From: Capsulimonadales bacterium
Lineage (GTDB): Bacteria > Armatimonadota > Armatimonadia > Armatimonadales > Armatimonadaceae
Direction: 5' to 3'
Assembly: GCA_033762295.1 (NCBI GenBank)
Contig: JANRLW010000062.1
Coordinates: forward strand, 16,446 to 80,445
Length of the DNA stretch: 64,000 bases
Of the stretch, positions 1 to 9,060 are shown piece by piece; within the stretch, counting starts at the first letter, position 1; each line of letters starts with the position of its first letter. The translations under genes were made by a program, and so were the position numbers. The notes beneath the pieces are model-generated. The model worked only from the letters and a program-made list of their open reading frames with translations, did no database searches and was not told where the DNA came from.

Positions 1-506
1 AATACGAAACCGAGACCGAAGGAAACCCCGAATATATCCTGAACACCGACGCGATTCTGTACCCCGGCTTTTCGGGCGGCGCGCTGATCGGCGTCGAGGG
101 GAAACTGCTCGGCCTCCTGAACCGTCTCTTCGGTCAGGGACTGGGTGTCGCCCTGGGCGTACCGCTGGTGGAGCGGATTGTCGGACTTCTGGTAGCGCAT
201 GGAAAGATGCCGCGCGGTTACCTGGGTATCCGGACACAGGTTGTCGCCCTGCCGGAAAACCTCCGGGCCGGGCTGGCGCTGGCCCAGGAACGGGGCCTTC
301 TGATCTCGGGCGTGTCCCCGCAGAGTCCCGCCGATACCGCCGGGCTCCTTCTGGGCGATACCCTGTTGAAAGTGAACGGCCAGCCGATTCAGGATACCGA
401 GGAGTTGAAGCGTTACCTTCGGGTCGGCCAGACGATCGCCGTCACCCTTTTGCGCGGCGGTGTGCCGACGGAGCTTTCCGCCACCATCGAAGCCGAAAAA
501 GAGTAG
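1..506 (+). CDS. S1C (HtrA-like) serine protease with PDZ domain, 5' truncated by window edge
   Basis: Frame open from position 3: ...ILNTDAILYPGFSGGALI... (GxSGG nucleophile motif), then RGYLGI and a PDZ-like SPADTAGLLLGDTLLKVNG. Confidence 0.85.
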   Translation, partial: YETETEGNPEYILNTDAILYPGFSGGALIGVEGKLLGLLNRLFGQGLGVALGVPLVERIVGLLVAHGKMPRGYLGIRTQVVALPENLRAGLALAQERGLLISGVSPQSPADTAGLLLGDTLLKVNGQPIQDTEELKRYLRVGQTIAVTLLRGGVPTELSATIEAEKE

Positions 507-546
507 GGAGTAGAGCAGGGAAGTAAGGAAGCACAGGAGAAGTCTC

Positions 547-1233
547 TTGACGGATTGCGCACGGGTTCTGATCGTTGCCGGATATCCCTCGGTCCGGGCG
601 GGGCTGCACGCCCTGCTTTCGGACGCCGACGGTCTGACCGTTCTGGGGGCGGTGGAAGGGGCGGGCGAGACGCTGGCTCGCCTCCTTCCGGAACTGTCCC
701 CTCAGGCGGTGCTGCTGGATACGGCCGGGTGGGACCGCTCCGGTTCCGAGAGCCTGAACGACCTGCTGGAACTGCTCGCGATCAATCCCGCCGCGCTGAT
801 CATTCTCGGCGATACGCCCGAGAACGATCTTCCCCTGCTCGCGGAAGCCGACCTTCCCGGCTATGGCTACCTGCTCCGCCAGGTGGACGGTCCGCAGATC
901 GTGGCAGCCGTCCGCGCCGCCGCCGCGGGTCTGACCGTGCTCGATCGCGGTCTGCCGCTGCCGCTCTTATCCCCGGTCGAGGACGACCCCGAAAACCTTC
1001 CGGCCGCCGCGCCGACACAGGAAGAGATTCCGGGCGAAACCCTGACTCCGCGCGAAATCGAGGTGCTGGAACTGATGGCGCAGGGCCTGCCGAACAAGAT
1101 CATCGCCGCCCGCCTCAAAATCAGCCTGCATACGGCCAAGTTCCATGTCGCCCAGATCCTGGGCAAACTGAATGCCGCCTCACGAACCGAAGCGGTGACC
1201 ACCGGCGCGCGTCGCGGCTATGTCACGCTGTGA
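547..1233 (+). CDS. NarL/LuxR-family response regulator with atypical receiver domain
   Basis: C-terminal LTPREIEVLELMAQGLPNKIIAARLKISLHTAKFHV LuxR HTH; N-terminal receiver-like fold. Confidence 0.9.
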   Translation: MTDCARVLIVAGYPSVRAGLHALLSDADGLTVLGAVEGAGETLARLLPELSPQAVLLDTAGWDRSGSESLNDLLELLAINPAALIILGDTPENDLPLLAEADLPGYGYLLRQVDGPQIVAAVRAAAAGLTVLDRGLPLPLLSPVEDDPENLPAAAPTQEEIPGETLTPREIEVLELMAQGLPNKIIAARLKISLHTAKFHVAQILGKLNAASRTEAVTTGARRGYVTL

Positions 1234-1319
1234 CGTCCCGGATCGTCGCGCATCGGCACGAAACGCGGACGGGGCCGTTCCGCTCTTCGGGTACAATACC
1301 GACCGGAGGTACTCAGACC

Positions 1320-1799
1320 ATGGCAGAACGACCGACCGAGGGGCAGGAGGCCCCGGATTTTTCCCTCGCCACCCAGACCGGCGACCAGCCGATCCGTCTT
1401 TCCGACTTTCGCGGCAAACAGGCCGTCGTTCTCTACTTCTACCCGAAGGACGACACCCCCGGATGCACCACCGAGTCCTGCGCGTTTCGTGACCTGAACC
1501 GGGACTTCGCCGACGCCGGAGCGGCTATCCTCGGTATCTCGCTCGACGATGTCGACTCGCATCGAAAATTCGCCGAAAAGTTTCAACTGTCGTTCCCCCT
1601 GCTTGCGGACACCGAAACGACCGTCTCCGATGCCTACGGCGTCTACAAGGAGAAGAACAACTACGGCAAGAAGTACATGGGCATCGAGCGAACCACCTTC
1701 GTGATCGACAAAGAGGGAAAGATCGCGAAAGTGTATCCGCGTGTCAAGGTGGATCAGCACGCCGAGGAGGTGCTGGAGTTTGTGAAAAGTCTTTCCTGA
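1320..1799 (+). CDS. bcp: Thioredoxin-dependent thiol peroxidase (Bcp/PrxQ)
   Basis: VVLYFYPKDDTPGCTTESC motif; GGAGG RBS before ATG 1320. The ORF-track start at 555 is a spurious extension. Confidence 0.93.
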   Translation: MAERPTEGQEAPDFSLATQTGDQPIRLSDFRGKQAVVLYFYPKDDTPGCTTESCAFRDLNRDFADAGAAILGISLDDVDSHRKFAEKFQLSFPLLADTETTVSDAYGVYKEKNNYGKKYMGIERTTFVIDKEGKIAKVYPRVKVDQHAEEVLEFVKSLS

Positions 1800-1883
1800 C
1801 ACCGTTTAGCGGATTGTTCGAACCGGGCGATAGGAATATGTACGGTTTTTGACGACGTATCTTTTTGAAAGGGGGCGATTCCA

Positions 1884-1952
1884 ATGACATTCACTCGATG
1901 TATTGCCGCATGGTTCGTCCCCGTCTTCCGGATATCTCCTCCGGTAGCCTGA
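1884..1952 (+). CDS. Candidate 22-aa leader peptide MTFTRCIAAWFVPVFRISPPVA
   Basis: GAAAGGGGG SD-like sequence before ATG 1884; TGA 1950-1952; lies just upstream of a hairpin covering the RIO1 RBS. Confidence 0.45.
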   Translation: MTFTRCIAAWFVPVFRISPPVA

Positions 1953-1963
1953 TTTCAGGAACG

Positions 1964-2003
1964 GTCTCCGAACGTGCGGCCCTGCGCGCGTCTGTTCGGA
2001 GGC
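1964..2003 (+). promoter_or_regulatory. Hairpin sequestering the RIO1 Shine-Dalgarno
   Basis: GTCTCCGAAC (1964-1973) pairs with GTTCGGAGGC (1994-2003), 10 bp with one G-U; includes GGAGG 1998-2002. Confidence 0.5.
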
Positions 2004-2006
2004 TTT

Positions 2007-2753
2007 ATGTCGGAACCCTGGAATCCGCTGGATTCACTCCATCCCTTCTTCACGAACGAAACATTGATCGAGGTTCTCTACCTCGTCAAAAGCGGTAAGG
2101 AAGCGACGGTCTTTTGCTGTCGCGGCGGCGCCAAGATCGGCGGCGGTCTGGTGGCGGCCAAAATCTACCGTCCGCGCGAACACCGCCGATTCAAAAACGA
2201 TGCCATCTACCGGCAAGCGCGTCTGACCGGCAATAGTCGCGAGGCGCGGGCGGCCCGCAGCAAATCCGGCTTCGGCAGGGAAGTGCTGTTCGGTGAGTGG
2301 GTCGGTCATGAAATGGCCGCCCTGCGAACGTTCCACGACGCCGGTATCCCCGTGCCGAAACCGCTGACGTCGACCGATACCGCTCTGTTGATGGAGTTTC
2401 TCGGCGACGAGGAAACGGCGGCCCCACCGTTGATTCAAACCCGACTGCGGCTCCATGACGCGGTTCGGCACTATCGCCGGATGCTGAACGTTATCGAAGC
2501 CATGCTGAACGTCCGGCACGTCCATGGCGACCTGTCCGCCTACAACCTGCTCTACTGGCGGGAGCAGGTTTTCGTGATCGACGTTCCGCAGACGGTACAC
2601 CCCTGGGAGAACCCCGATGCCCTCGATCTGTTGATCCGGGATGTCACCAACGTCGCCGATTACTTCGCCGACCAGGGCGTACGTACCGGTGACCCGGAAA
2701 GGATCGCGCACGGCATGTGGCACCGTTACCGCTACGAACGGGCAACCTACTGA
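2007..2753 (+). CDS. RIO1-family atypical Ser/Thr kinase
   Basis: VKSGKEATVF, AAKIYRP, HGDLSAYNLL and VIDVPQ motifs; ATG 2007 after GGAGG. Confidence 0.9.
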   Translation: MSEPWNPLDSLHPFFTNETLIEVLYLVKSGKEATVFCCRGGAKIGGGLVAAKIYRPREHRRFKNDAIYRQARLTGNSREARAARSKSGFGREVLFGEWVGHEMAALRTFHDAGIPVPKPLTSTDTALLMEFLGDEETAAPPLIQTRLRLHDAVRHYRRMLNVIEAMLNVRHVHGDLSAYNLLYWREQVFVIDVPQTVHPWENPDALDLLIRDVTNVADYFADQGVRTGDPERIAHGMWHRYRYERATY

Positions 2754-2802
2754 AAACCGGGGGCGACGGAGAGACGGGCATCGTGCGTTTCGCCCGTCCT
2801 CC

Positions 2803-3744
2803 TCACCCGTTCCCCGGCGGAACCTCCGCCTTCCATCCGTAGGGCAGATAACGGTAGGTCAGGTCGTCGCCGCTCACCCGCACGATTCCGAACCCTTCCG
2901 GGTGGATGCCGAACCGCTTTCCCTGCCACCAGTTGCCGCAAACCGCCCCACCGCAGATATAGCGAGTCCCGGCGTACAGACACTCCTCCACCGCATGGGT
3001 ATGCCCCTGAAGAACGGCTTTCACCGCTCTCCCCTGGAACATCTCGATGATCGCCCTGCCGTTTTTCACAATCATGTTCTCCCCCGGACCGAGCGCCGGG
3101 TCGTCATCGTAAAGGCCGTAGGCGGTCAGGATCGGAATATGGGTCAGGACGACAATCGGCTGCTTGGCGTCGGTCTTTCGCAACACGCCGTCCAGCCAGT
3201 CCAGTTGCTCCCGGTCGATCTCGCCGTAGTACGGTAAATCCCCGTCGGTCCGGACCGAGTCCAGGATGATAAATCGCCAGTCCCGGTGATCGAAGGTCAG
3301 GAAACGTTGCGAGAGGCCGAGACGCTTTTGCCACCAGCGTTTGCCGTACTCCGGGTCCTGCGCCGCCAGACGGTGGATGCCCGCCGTGCCCAGACAGTCG
3401 CCGTTGCCGACGCTGTAATAAAGGGGCAAAGCCAGGACGGCGGACGCTTCCTGCCAGAGGTCGTAAAGCCGTTCGGCGCGCTTCTTTTCGGCGTGGCTGG
3501 CGGCATGGACGATGTCGCCGCCAATCAGGACGAAAGCGGGCTTTTCCGGAAGATGCGCAACCGCCTGAAGCGCCATTCGCACGCCTTCGACGGCGCGGTT
3601 TTCCGGCATGATATGCAGGTCGGTCAGGTGGACGAAGGAAAAAGTGGGAACCTCCGCCGTCGTGCGAGCGGCAAGCCACGGGGATACCGTCATGGTCGCG
3701 CCCAGTTGCGCCATCGCCTGACGTCGGGAAAGAGGATTGCTCAC
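2803..3744 (-). CDS. Tat-exported calcineurin-like metallophosphoesterase
   Basis: SRRQAM twin-arginine signal; DLH, GGD, GNGD, THIP and GHTH metal motifs. Confidence 0.88.
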   Translation of the reverse strand: MSNPLSRRQAMAQLGATMTVSPWLAARTTAEVPTFSFVHLTDLHIMPENRAVEGVRMALQAVAHLPEKPAFVLIGGDIVHAASHAEKKRAERLYDLWQEASAVLALPLYYSVGNGDCLGTAGIHRLAAQDPEYGKRWWQKRLGLSQRFLTFDHRDWRFIILDSVRTDGDLPYYGEIDREQLDWLDGVLRKTDAKQPIVVLTHIPILTAYGLYDDDPALGPGENMIVKNGRAIIEMFQGRAVKAVLQGHTHAVEECLYAGTRYICGGAVCGNWWQGKRFGIHPEGFGIVRVSGDDLTYRYLPYGWKAEVPPGNG

Positions 3745-3756
3745 GGAAACTCCTGC

Positions 3757-3786
3757 AAAAGAGCCTTCCCCCTTCCGGGGGAAGGC
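3757..3786 (-). terminator. Intrinsic terminator after prepilin gene
   Basis: GCCTTCCCCC-ttcc-GGGGGAAGGC 10-bp stem, followed by TCTTTT on the minus strand. Confidence 0.7.
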
Positions 3787-3794
3787 GGGATCAT

Positions 3795-4712
3795 TTAGAT
3801 TCGGAAGTCAGGGATCGTGCCGTCGTTGCCGAAATCGGCACCGCGGCTATCGTTGAAGCCGCACATTCCCCGGACACGCTCGGGGCGCAGCCACTTGGCA
3901 TGCCCGTCGACGAAGCCGTAGTTGGCCCCGCCGCTGTGCCGCCGGCTCGAGAGCTGCGCACGCTCCTTGTTGGCCTGCTCCGGTTGGATACCGTTGACGA
4001 TACCAAAGAAGTTCGTCTGGTCGTTCGTGGCATTGGTGGCGTCATACATGTTACAGGGAACGCCCGCCGGGGTCCAGGAGGTGTATTCGGTGGAGCGGAT
4101 GATGGTATTGACCGCGCCATAGCCACGTTCGCCCCGCTGACCGCCGCCGCCCGTATTCGGAGCGAACTCCAGGATCAGGATGGTATTGGCCGGAAAATTC
4201 ACCTGTGCCAGCGCGGTGGTGTTGTTGCCGTTGTTGGCGAAGTTGTTGTTGCGCGCATAGGAGCAGCGCCACTCGCCGCCACGCGCCCAGGGGTTGTCGC
4301 CCCCCTGCGACCAGTCGTAGAAGACGAAGCCGTCCGTGCTGGGTTGATCCTGCTGGTTCAGCGTACCTGCCGGGACCCGGACGGGGGTGGTCGGGTCGGA
4401 GGGGCATTTGAAGATGCCCGGCCCCTTGACGTAAGGCATCACCAGGTCCATCCAGCCACGCATCGTCTGATTGGGTTTGCAGGCCGGAACCGCCGGGTTC
4501 GGCAGATTGCACTCCCGGTTGAAGGCGACGGTCTCGTCCCAGTCCTGCATATACATCATCTGGGCAAGAACGATCTGCTTGACGTTCGAAATACAGGTGA
4601 TCGCGCGCGCCTTTTCCCGCGCCTGAGCAAATACGGGGAACAGAATCGCCGCGAGGATGGCGATAATAGCAATAACAACAAGCAATTCGATCAGAGTGAA
4701 CGCTTTACGCAT
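3795..4712 (-). CDS. Prepilin-type N-terminal cleavage/methylation protein with C-terminal H-X9-DG motif (DUF1559-like)
   Basis: [59 protein letters not shown]. Confidence 0.93.
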   Translation of the reverse strand: MRKAFTLIELLVVIAIIAILAAILFPVFAQAREKARAITCISNVKQIVLAQMMYMQDWDETVAFNRECNLPNPAVPACKPNQTMRGWMDLVMPYVKGPGIFKCPSDPTTPVRVPAGTLNQQDQPSTDGFVFYDWSQGGDNPWARGGEWRCSYARNNNFANNGNNTTALAQVNFPANTILILEFAPNTGGGGQRGERGYGAVNTIIRSTEYTSWTPAGVPCNMYDATNATNDQTNFFGIVNGIQPEQANKERAQLSSRRHSGGANYGFVDGHAKWLRPERVRGMCGFNDSRGADFGNDGTIPDFRI

Positions 4713-4862
4713 ACGAATGACCTTTCTCTTTGCGTCTCCGGGACTGTCCGCTCCCGTCCGTCGAAGCACCGGCGCTTCCCGGGGAATGACCTCTCCCCCT
4801 TACCTGCCCCTGGCATCTCCTTTTTGATGACTGTTCTTGATTTTGATGGATTGTCACAACGT

Positions 4863-5981
4863 TTACGGTGTCAGCGGTCCGGGCAGGCGACACCTGGCCC
4901 GATGGACCGGACGTTCGCTCTCCGGAGATCCTCCCTCCATCCGGCGGATCAACTCCTGCAATAACAGTCGGGCCAGTTCCGTCGGCGATACCTCCCAGCG
5001 GGCGATCCGATCCCCCCACGGAGCAAGGACCGGACAGCCTTCGTTCGCATGGGTCGCAACATGGACCGTCTCGCCGATCGCAATTCCAAGATCGCGCAGT
5101 CCGACCACGATGCCCTGGGAGAACAGTTCGCTCGGGGAGACGATCCCATCCGGACTCGTCCCCTGACTCTCCTTACCGAAGAGTCGCTGCGCGTGAACGT
5201 ACCCCTGATCCCAGTAGGTCAGGCGTCCCCGTCGCTCCTCCGGATCACCCAGACGACGGGCATCATGAATCAGTCCCTCGTCAAAAAATCGATCGTTCGC
5301 GGTCAGGGCACGCCGATACCCGTCTCGGACGGTATCCATCACCTGGAACGGAGCCAGCAAGGCGATACGCTGACATCCGCGTTCGATCAGGTACTCCGTC
5401 GCCTCATACGTCAGGGACTCCATATCGATCCGAACATCGTTCAGTCCCGCCACCGGCACCTGATGGTGTGTCAGCAGATCGATTGCCTCCCCAGTCAAGC
5501 CGACCCCGACCACCCCCTGTATCCGTCGCTCCTCGATGATACGCAGAAAGTCGTCGAAAAACGGCCGTCCGGGATCATCCGGGGTGGAGAAATGTAATGA
5601 GAAGGAGAAATCATGCTCCGCGACATAAAAGCGAATCTGCTCCAGCATGATCCGATAGAACGGCGATACCTCGGGTCCGTCAAAAAAGTGCGGGTTATAG
5701 ACCAGCGCGATACTGCGCTGCATCGTCGGAGAGACAAAAAGCCCGACCCCGTGTCGTCGGACGATGATTCCCTGCAACTCCATCTGCTCCAGCACCCGAT
5801 TCAACGTTACGGTGCTCACATCGAGACGTTCACGCAGTTCCGCCACGGTCGGCAGTTGCCGGTTTGGTCCCAGATCCCGCGCCAGGCGTGTCAGGTGAGT
5901 GAAAGCTTCCTGCGCCCGGTTCGGCGGAAATTCTCCGTTCCCGCCCGTTTGAATCGGCTCGCTCGTTTTTATGGATCGCAT
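4863..5981 (-). CDS. GntR-HTH / LacI-type sensor-domain transcriptional regulator
   Basis: QLPTVAELRERLDVSTVTLNRVL...RRHGVGLFV wHTH followed by a periplasmic-binding-protein-like domain. Confidence 0.85.
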   Translation of the reverse strand: MRSIKTSEPIQTGGNGEFPPNRAQEAFTHLTRLARDLGPNRQLPTVAELRERLDVSTVTLNRVLEQMELQGIIVRRHGVGLFVSPTMQRSIALVYNPHFFDGPEVSPFYRIMLEQIRFYVAEHDFSFSLHFSTPDDPGRPFFDDFLRIIEERRIQGVVGVGLTGEAIDLLTHHQVPVAGLNDVRIDMESLTYEATEYLIERGCQRIALLAPFQVMDTVRDGYRRALTANDRFFDEGLIHDARRLGDPEERRGRLTYWDQGYVHAQRLFGKESQGTSPDGIVSPSELFSQGIVVGLRDLGIAIGETVHVATHANEGCPVLAPWGDRIARWEVSPTELARLLLQELIRRMEGGSPESERPVHRARCRLPGPLTP

Positions 5982-5986
5982 AGAGT

Positions 5987-6053
5987 TACTCTGTATCAGT
6001 GTTCTGTAAAACTAGAACACTCAGAGTATGCCGTTCCTTTTCACGGTTGTCAA
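5987..6053 (-). promoter_or_regulatory. Sigma70 promoter of the GntR/LacI gene with overlapping palindromic operator
   Basis: TTGACA (6053-6048), N17, CATACT (6030-6025); AGTGTTCT-N8-AGAACACT at 5998-6021, flanked by TACTCTG/CAGAGTA. Confidence 0.65.
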
Positions 6054-6108
6054 GTCCCTGCTTCAAAATTTTCCGGAATTCGGGCAGGGAGAGATTTGAC
6101 CAGCGGAA

Positions 6109-6453
6109 TCACGGCGTGTTTTCACCCTGTTCCTCGCGCAACGCCGCCCACTTCAGAAGAGCGTCGAGTGCCGGACAGAGCGCCTGCCCCCAGTCGGTCA
6201 AGCCATATTCGACCTTCGGCGGCACCTGATGGTGGACAATTCGACGCACGATCCCGTCCTTTTCCATCTGACGCAGTTGCTGAATCAGCATTTTTTGCGT
6301 GATACCGGGAATCGCTCTTTCAAGCTGGGAAAATCTTAGCAGATTGCCACCGAACAGATGGAAAAGGATAACTAATTTCCACTTTCCTTCGAGAATTTTA
6401 AGAGCCTGCTCGACGCCATCGGCGGCTGATGTCGGTGTCCATTCTTTTTTCAT
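6109..6453 (-). CDS. HxlR-family winged-helix transcriptional regulator
   Basis: GKWKLVILFHL, IPGITQKMLIQQLRQME, VPPKVEYGLT. Confidence 0.92.
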   Translation of the reverse strand: MKKEWTPTSAADGVEQALKILEGKWKLVILFHLFGGNLLRFSQLERAIPGITQKMLIQQLRQMEKDGIVRRIVHHQVPPKVEYGLTDWGQALCPALDALLKWAALREEQGENTP

Positions 6454-6577
6454 ACTTTTTCGTTAGTACCTTACTTTTTTGTGTGTTCTTGTTGTTTTCG
6501 AAGTCTACCCTTATACTGTTGAAAAATCCCATCGGAGGGCATAAACCGATTCGCTCATCCGTGAAGGAGTAATCCGA

Positions 6578-6904
6578 ATGCCTGTTGACCTTCCCAAACC
6601 TATCGAAGCGTATTTTACTGCGGACAGGGGAGACAGCGAAGCTGTCGCCAGGTGCTTCACAGACAATGCGGTTGTCAAGGACGAAGGCCAAACCTACCAG
6701 GGTCTGGCCGCCATCAAGCAGTGGAAAACCCATTCCTCGGCGAAGTACGTCTACACGAGCGAGCCCTTAAATTTCGAGGAGCGGGATGGAAAAACCATCG
6801 TGACGAGCCGAACGACCGGTAACTTTCCGGGAAGTCCCGTCGACCTTCGGTACTTCTTCGGCCTCGAAGGCGATAAGATCGCATACCTTGAGATCGTTCC
6901 ATGA
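6578..6904 (+). CDS. SnoaL/NTF2-like protein
   Basis: [12 protein letters not shown]...[23 protein letters not shown]. Confidence 0.85.
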   Translation: MPVDLPKPIEAYFTADRGDSEAVARCFTDNAVVKDEGQTYQGLAAIKQWKTHSSAKYVYTSEPLNFEERDGKTIVTSRTTGNFPGSPVDLRYFFGLEGDKIAYLEIVP

Positions 6905-7683
6905 GCTTCATCCTTGAACTCACCGACCGCCGAGCGCTTGTTACGGGGGGCACGAAGGGCGTTGGCGCAGCGGTCGTCGCCGTACTCCGTGACGCCGGCG
7001 CCCGGGTTATGACGACCGCACGTTCGGTTCCCGGTGCCTTGCCTGACGGGGTCGGCTTCTTCCCGGCGGACCTGTCGACCGCAACGGGTTGTGCCGCCCT
7101 TGCGGAGGCGGCTCAGGAACGGCTGGGCCGGATCGATATACTCGTGCATGTCATGGGTGGGTCAGCCGCGCCAGGGGGTGGGTTCGCTGCGCTCAGCGAC
7201 GATATATGGTGGCAGGAGTTGAACCAAAACCTGCTGGCGGCAGTCCGCATTGATCGGGCACTTTTGCCGCCGATGATTGAGCGGGGCGACGGTGTCATTC
7301 TTCACGTCACCTCGATCCAGCGCGAGTTGCCGCTCCCCGAATCGACAACCGCTTATGCCGCGTCAAAAGCGGCGCTTTCGACGTACAGCAAGAGTCTGTC
7401 GAAAGAGGTCGCTCCGAAGGGAATCCGGGTGGTGCGCGTTTCGCCGGGCTGGGTGGAAACCGAAGCCTCCGTCGCCCTGGCGGAGCGCGTCGCACAACAG
7501 GCGGGTACGGACTATGAGGGAGGCAAGCAAATCATCATGCAGGCGCTGGGTGGCATCCCCCTTGGGCGTCCCGCAAAGCCGAAGGAAGTAGCCGACCTGA
7601 TCGCTTTTCTGGTTTCGCCCCGGGCCGCTTCCATCACCGGTACGGAGTATGTCATTGATGGCGGAACCGTGCCGACGGTTTAG
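6901..7683 (+). CDS. SDR-family oxidoreductase
   Basis: TGGTKGVG and YAASK motifs; ATGA overlap with the upstream gene. Confidence 0.92.
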   Translation: MSFILELTDRRALVTGGTKGVGAAVVAVLRDAGARVMTTARSVPGALPDGVGFFPADLSTATGCAALAEAAQERLGRIDILVHVMGGSAAPGGGFAALSDDIWWQELNQNLLAAVRIDRALLPPMIERGDGVILHVTSIQRELPLPESTTAYAASKAALSTYSKSLSKEVAPKGIRVVRVSPGWVETEASVALAERVAQQAGTDYEGGKQIIMQALGGIPLGRPAKPKEVADLIAFLVSPRAASITGTEYVIDGGTVPTV

Positions 7684-7764
7684 AGACGGATCAGAGAAGT
7701 TTGACGGACGTCTAACCTTCCGGGTACGCAGGGAAACCGAAGCCGACGGAGGAATGGAAGGGAC

Positions 7765-8664
7765 ATGAGCGATTCGATTCCCATTCTGTTCGACACCGAT
7801 ATCGGTTCCGATATCGACGATGCCGTCGCCCTGGCCTACCTGCTGAAACAGACCCGGTGCGAACTGGTCGGCATCACCACCGTGACCGGCGATACCCGGA
7901 AACGAGCCGCCCTCGCCGAGATCGTCTGCCGCGCGGGTGGCCGTACCGATATTCCGATCCATGCCGGCCTCGAAAGGTCGCTGCTGTTCGGACCCGGACA
8001 GCCGGAGGTGCCGCAGTTCGAGGCGGTCGCCGATCAGCCGCACCGGACCGATTATGATCTGTCCGCCATCGACTTCCTTCGCGCGACAATCCGCTCCCGC
8101 CCGCATCAACTGACCCTGCTCGCGGTCGGTCCGATGACCAATATCGGCGCGCTGTTCGCCGCCGATCCGGCAACCGCTCTCCTGCTGAAAAATCTGGTTC
8201 TGATGTGCGGCGTGTATACCGGAAACGCCGGTCATGGGCCGGGCGCGACCGAGTGGAACGCGGACCGTGATCCGATCGCCACCGCTCTGACCTACAAGTT
8301 CGGCTCGGGGAAACTTCTGGGCGTCGGGCTGGACGTCACGCAGAAGTGTCAACTCTCGGCGGACGAATGCCGGAAGCGGTTCGTCGCGGCGGGCGGCGCA
8401 CTTGGCGTCGTCGGTCGGATGGCGGAGGTGTGGTTCCGTCACTCACCGCAGATCACGTTCCACGATCCGCTCGCGGCGGCCCTGGTCTTCGAACCGACCC
8501 TCTGCGAGTATGCGACCGGCACGGTGACCGTCCTTCCCGAGGGAGGACCGCTCGCCGGACTGACCCGATGGCGTTCCGGAGGGGATGCGCCGCCGCACCG
8601 GATCGCAGTGACGGTGGACCCGACGCGGTTCTTCGAACACTACTTCGGCGTCACCGGCGGATGA
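7765..8664 (+). CDS. Nucleoside hydrolase (inosine/uridine-preferring family)
   Basis: DTDIGSDIDDAVA, GPMTN, EWN and HDPLA motifs. Confidence 0.9.
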   Translation: MSDSIPILFDTDIGSDIDDAVALAYLLKQTRCELVGITTVTGDTRKRAALAEIVCRAGGRTDIPIHAGLERSLLFGPGQPEVPQFEAVADQPHRTDYDLSAIDFLRATIRSRPHQLTLLAVGPMTNIGALFAADPATALLLKNLVLMCGVYTGNAGHGPGATEWNADRDPIATALTYKFGSGKLLGVGLDVTQKCQLSADECRKRFVAAGGALGVVGRMAEVWFRHSPQITFHDPLAAALVFEPTLCEYATGTVTVLPEGGPLAGLTRWRSGGDAPPHRIAVTVDPTRFFEHYFGVTGG

Positions 8665-9056
8665 TACGGTTCCTGATCGTCGGACTGGGCGGATTCCTCG
8701 GGGCCAACGCGCGGTTTTACGTGGGGAACTGGGTGGCGCAACGCTGGGGCAACGCCCTGCCCTACGGCACGTTCGTCGTTAATATCGCCGGCTGTTTCGT
8801 GCTCGGTTTGTTCGCTACCCTCGCCGTGCGCTTCGCCTGGCGGGAGGAGTGGCGGATGCTCGTCGCGGTCGGGTTCGTCGGCGGGTTCACCACCTTCTCG
8901 ACGTTCGAATACGAGACGCTGCAACTGATCCTGGAAGGGCGGCACGGATGGGCGGCGTTCGCCTACGTCCTCGGAAGCGTGGTCGCCGGTCTGCTGGCGG
9001 CGTTTCTCGGAGTTTGCGCCGCCCGTCTCCTCCTGCTCCCTTTCCGGTCGCCCTGA
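8661..9056 (+). CDS. crcB: Fluoride efflux channel Fluc/CrcB
   Basis: GGFLGANARF, GTFVVNIAGCF, GFVGGFTTFSTF; ATGA overlap at 8661. Confidence 0.93.
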   Translation: MIRFLIVGLGGFLGANARFYVGNWVAQRWGNALPYGTFVVNIAGCFVLGLFATLAVRFAWREEWRMLVAVGFVGGFTTFSTFEYETLQLILEGRHGWAAFAYVLGSVVAGLLAAFLGVCAARLLLLPFRSP

Positions 9057-9060
9057 CCGG

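Noticed and set aside
555..1319. Apparent 414-aa N-terminally extended Bcp fusion
   Set aside because: The extension is an off-frame shadow of the LuxR gene; the real RBS and ATG are at 1320.
7690..8660. Fluoride riboswitch for crcB
   Set aside because: crcB overlaps the nucleoside hydrolase stop, and no consensus aptamer was recognised upstream of either gene.
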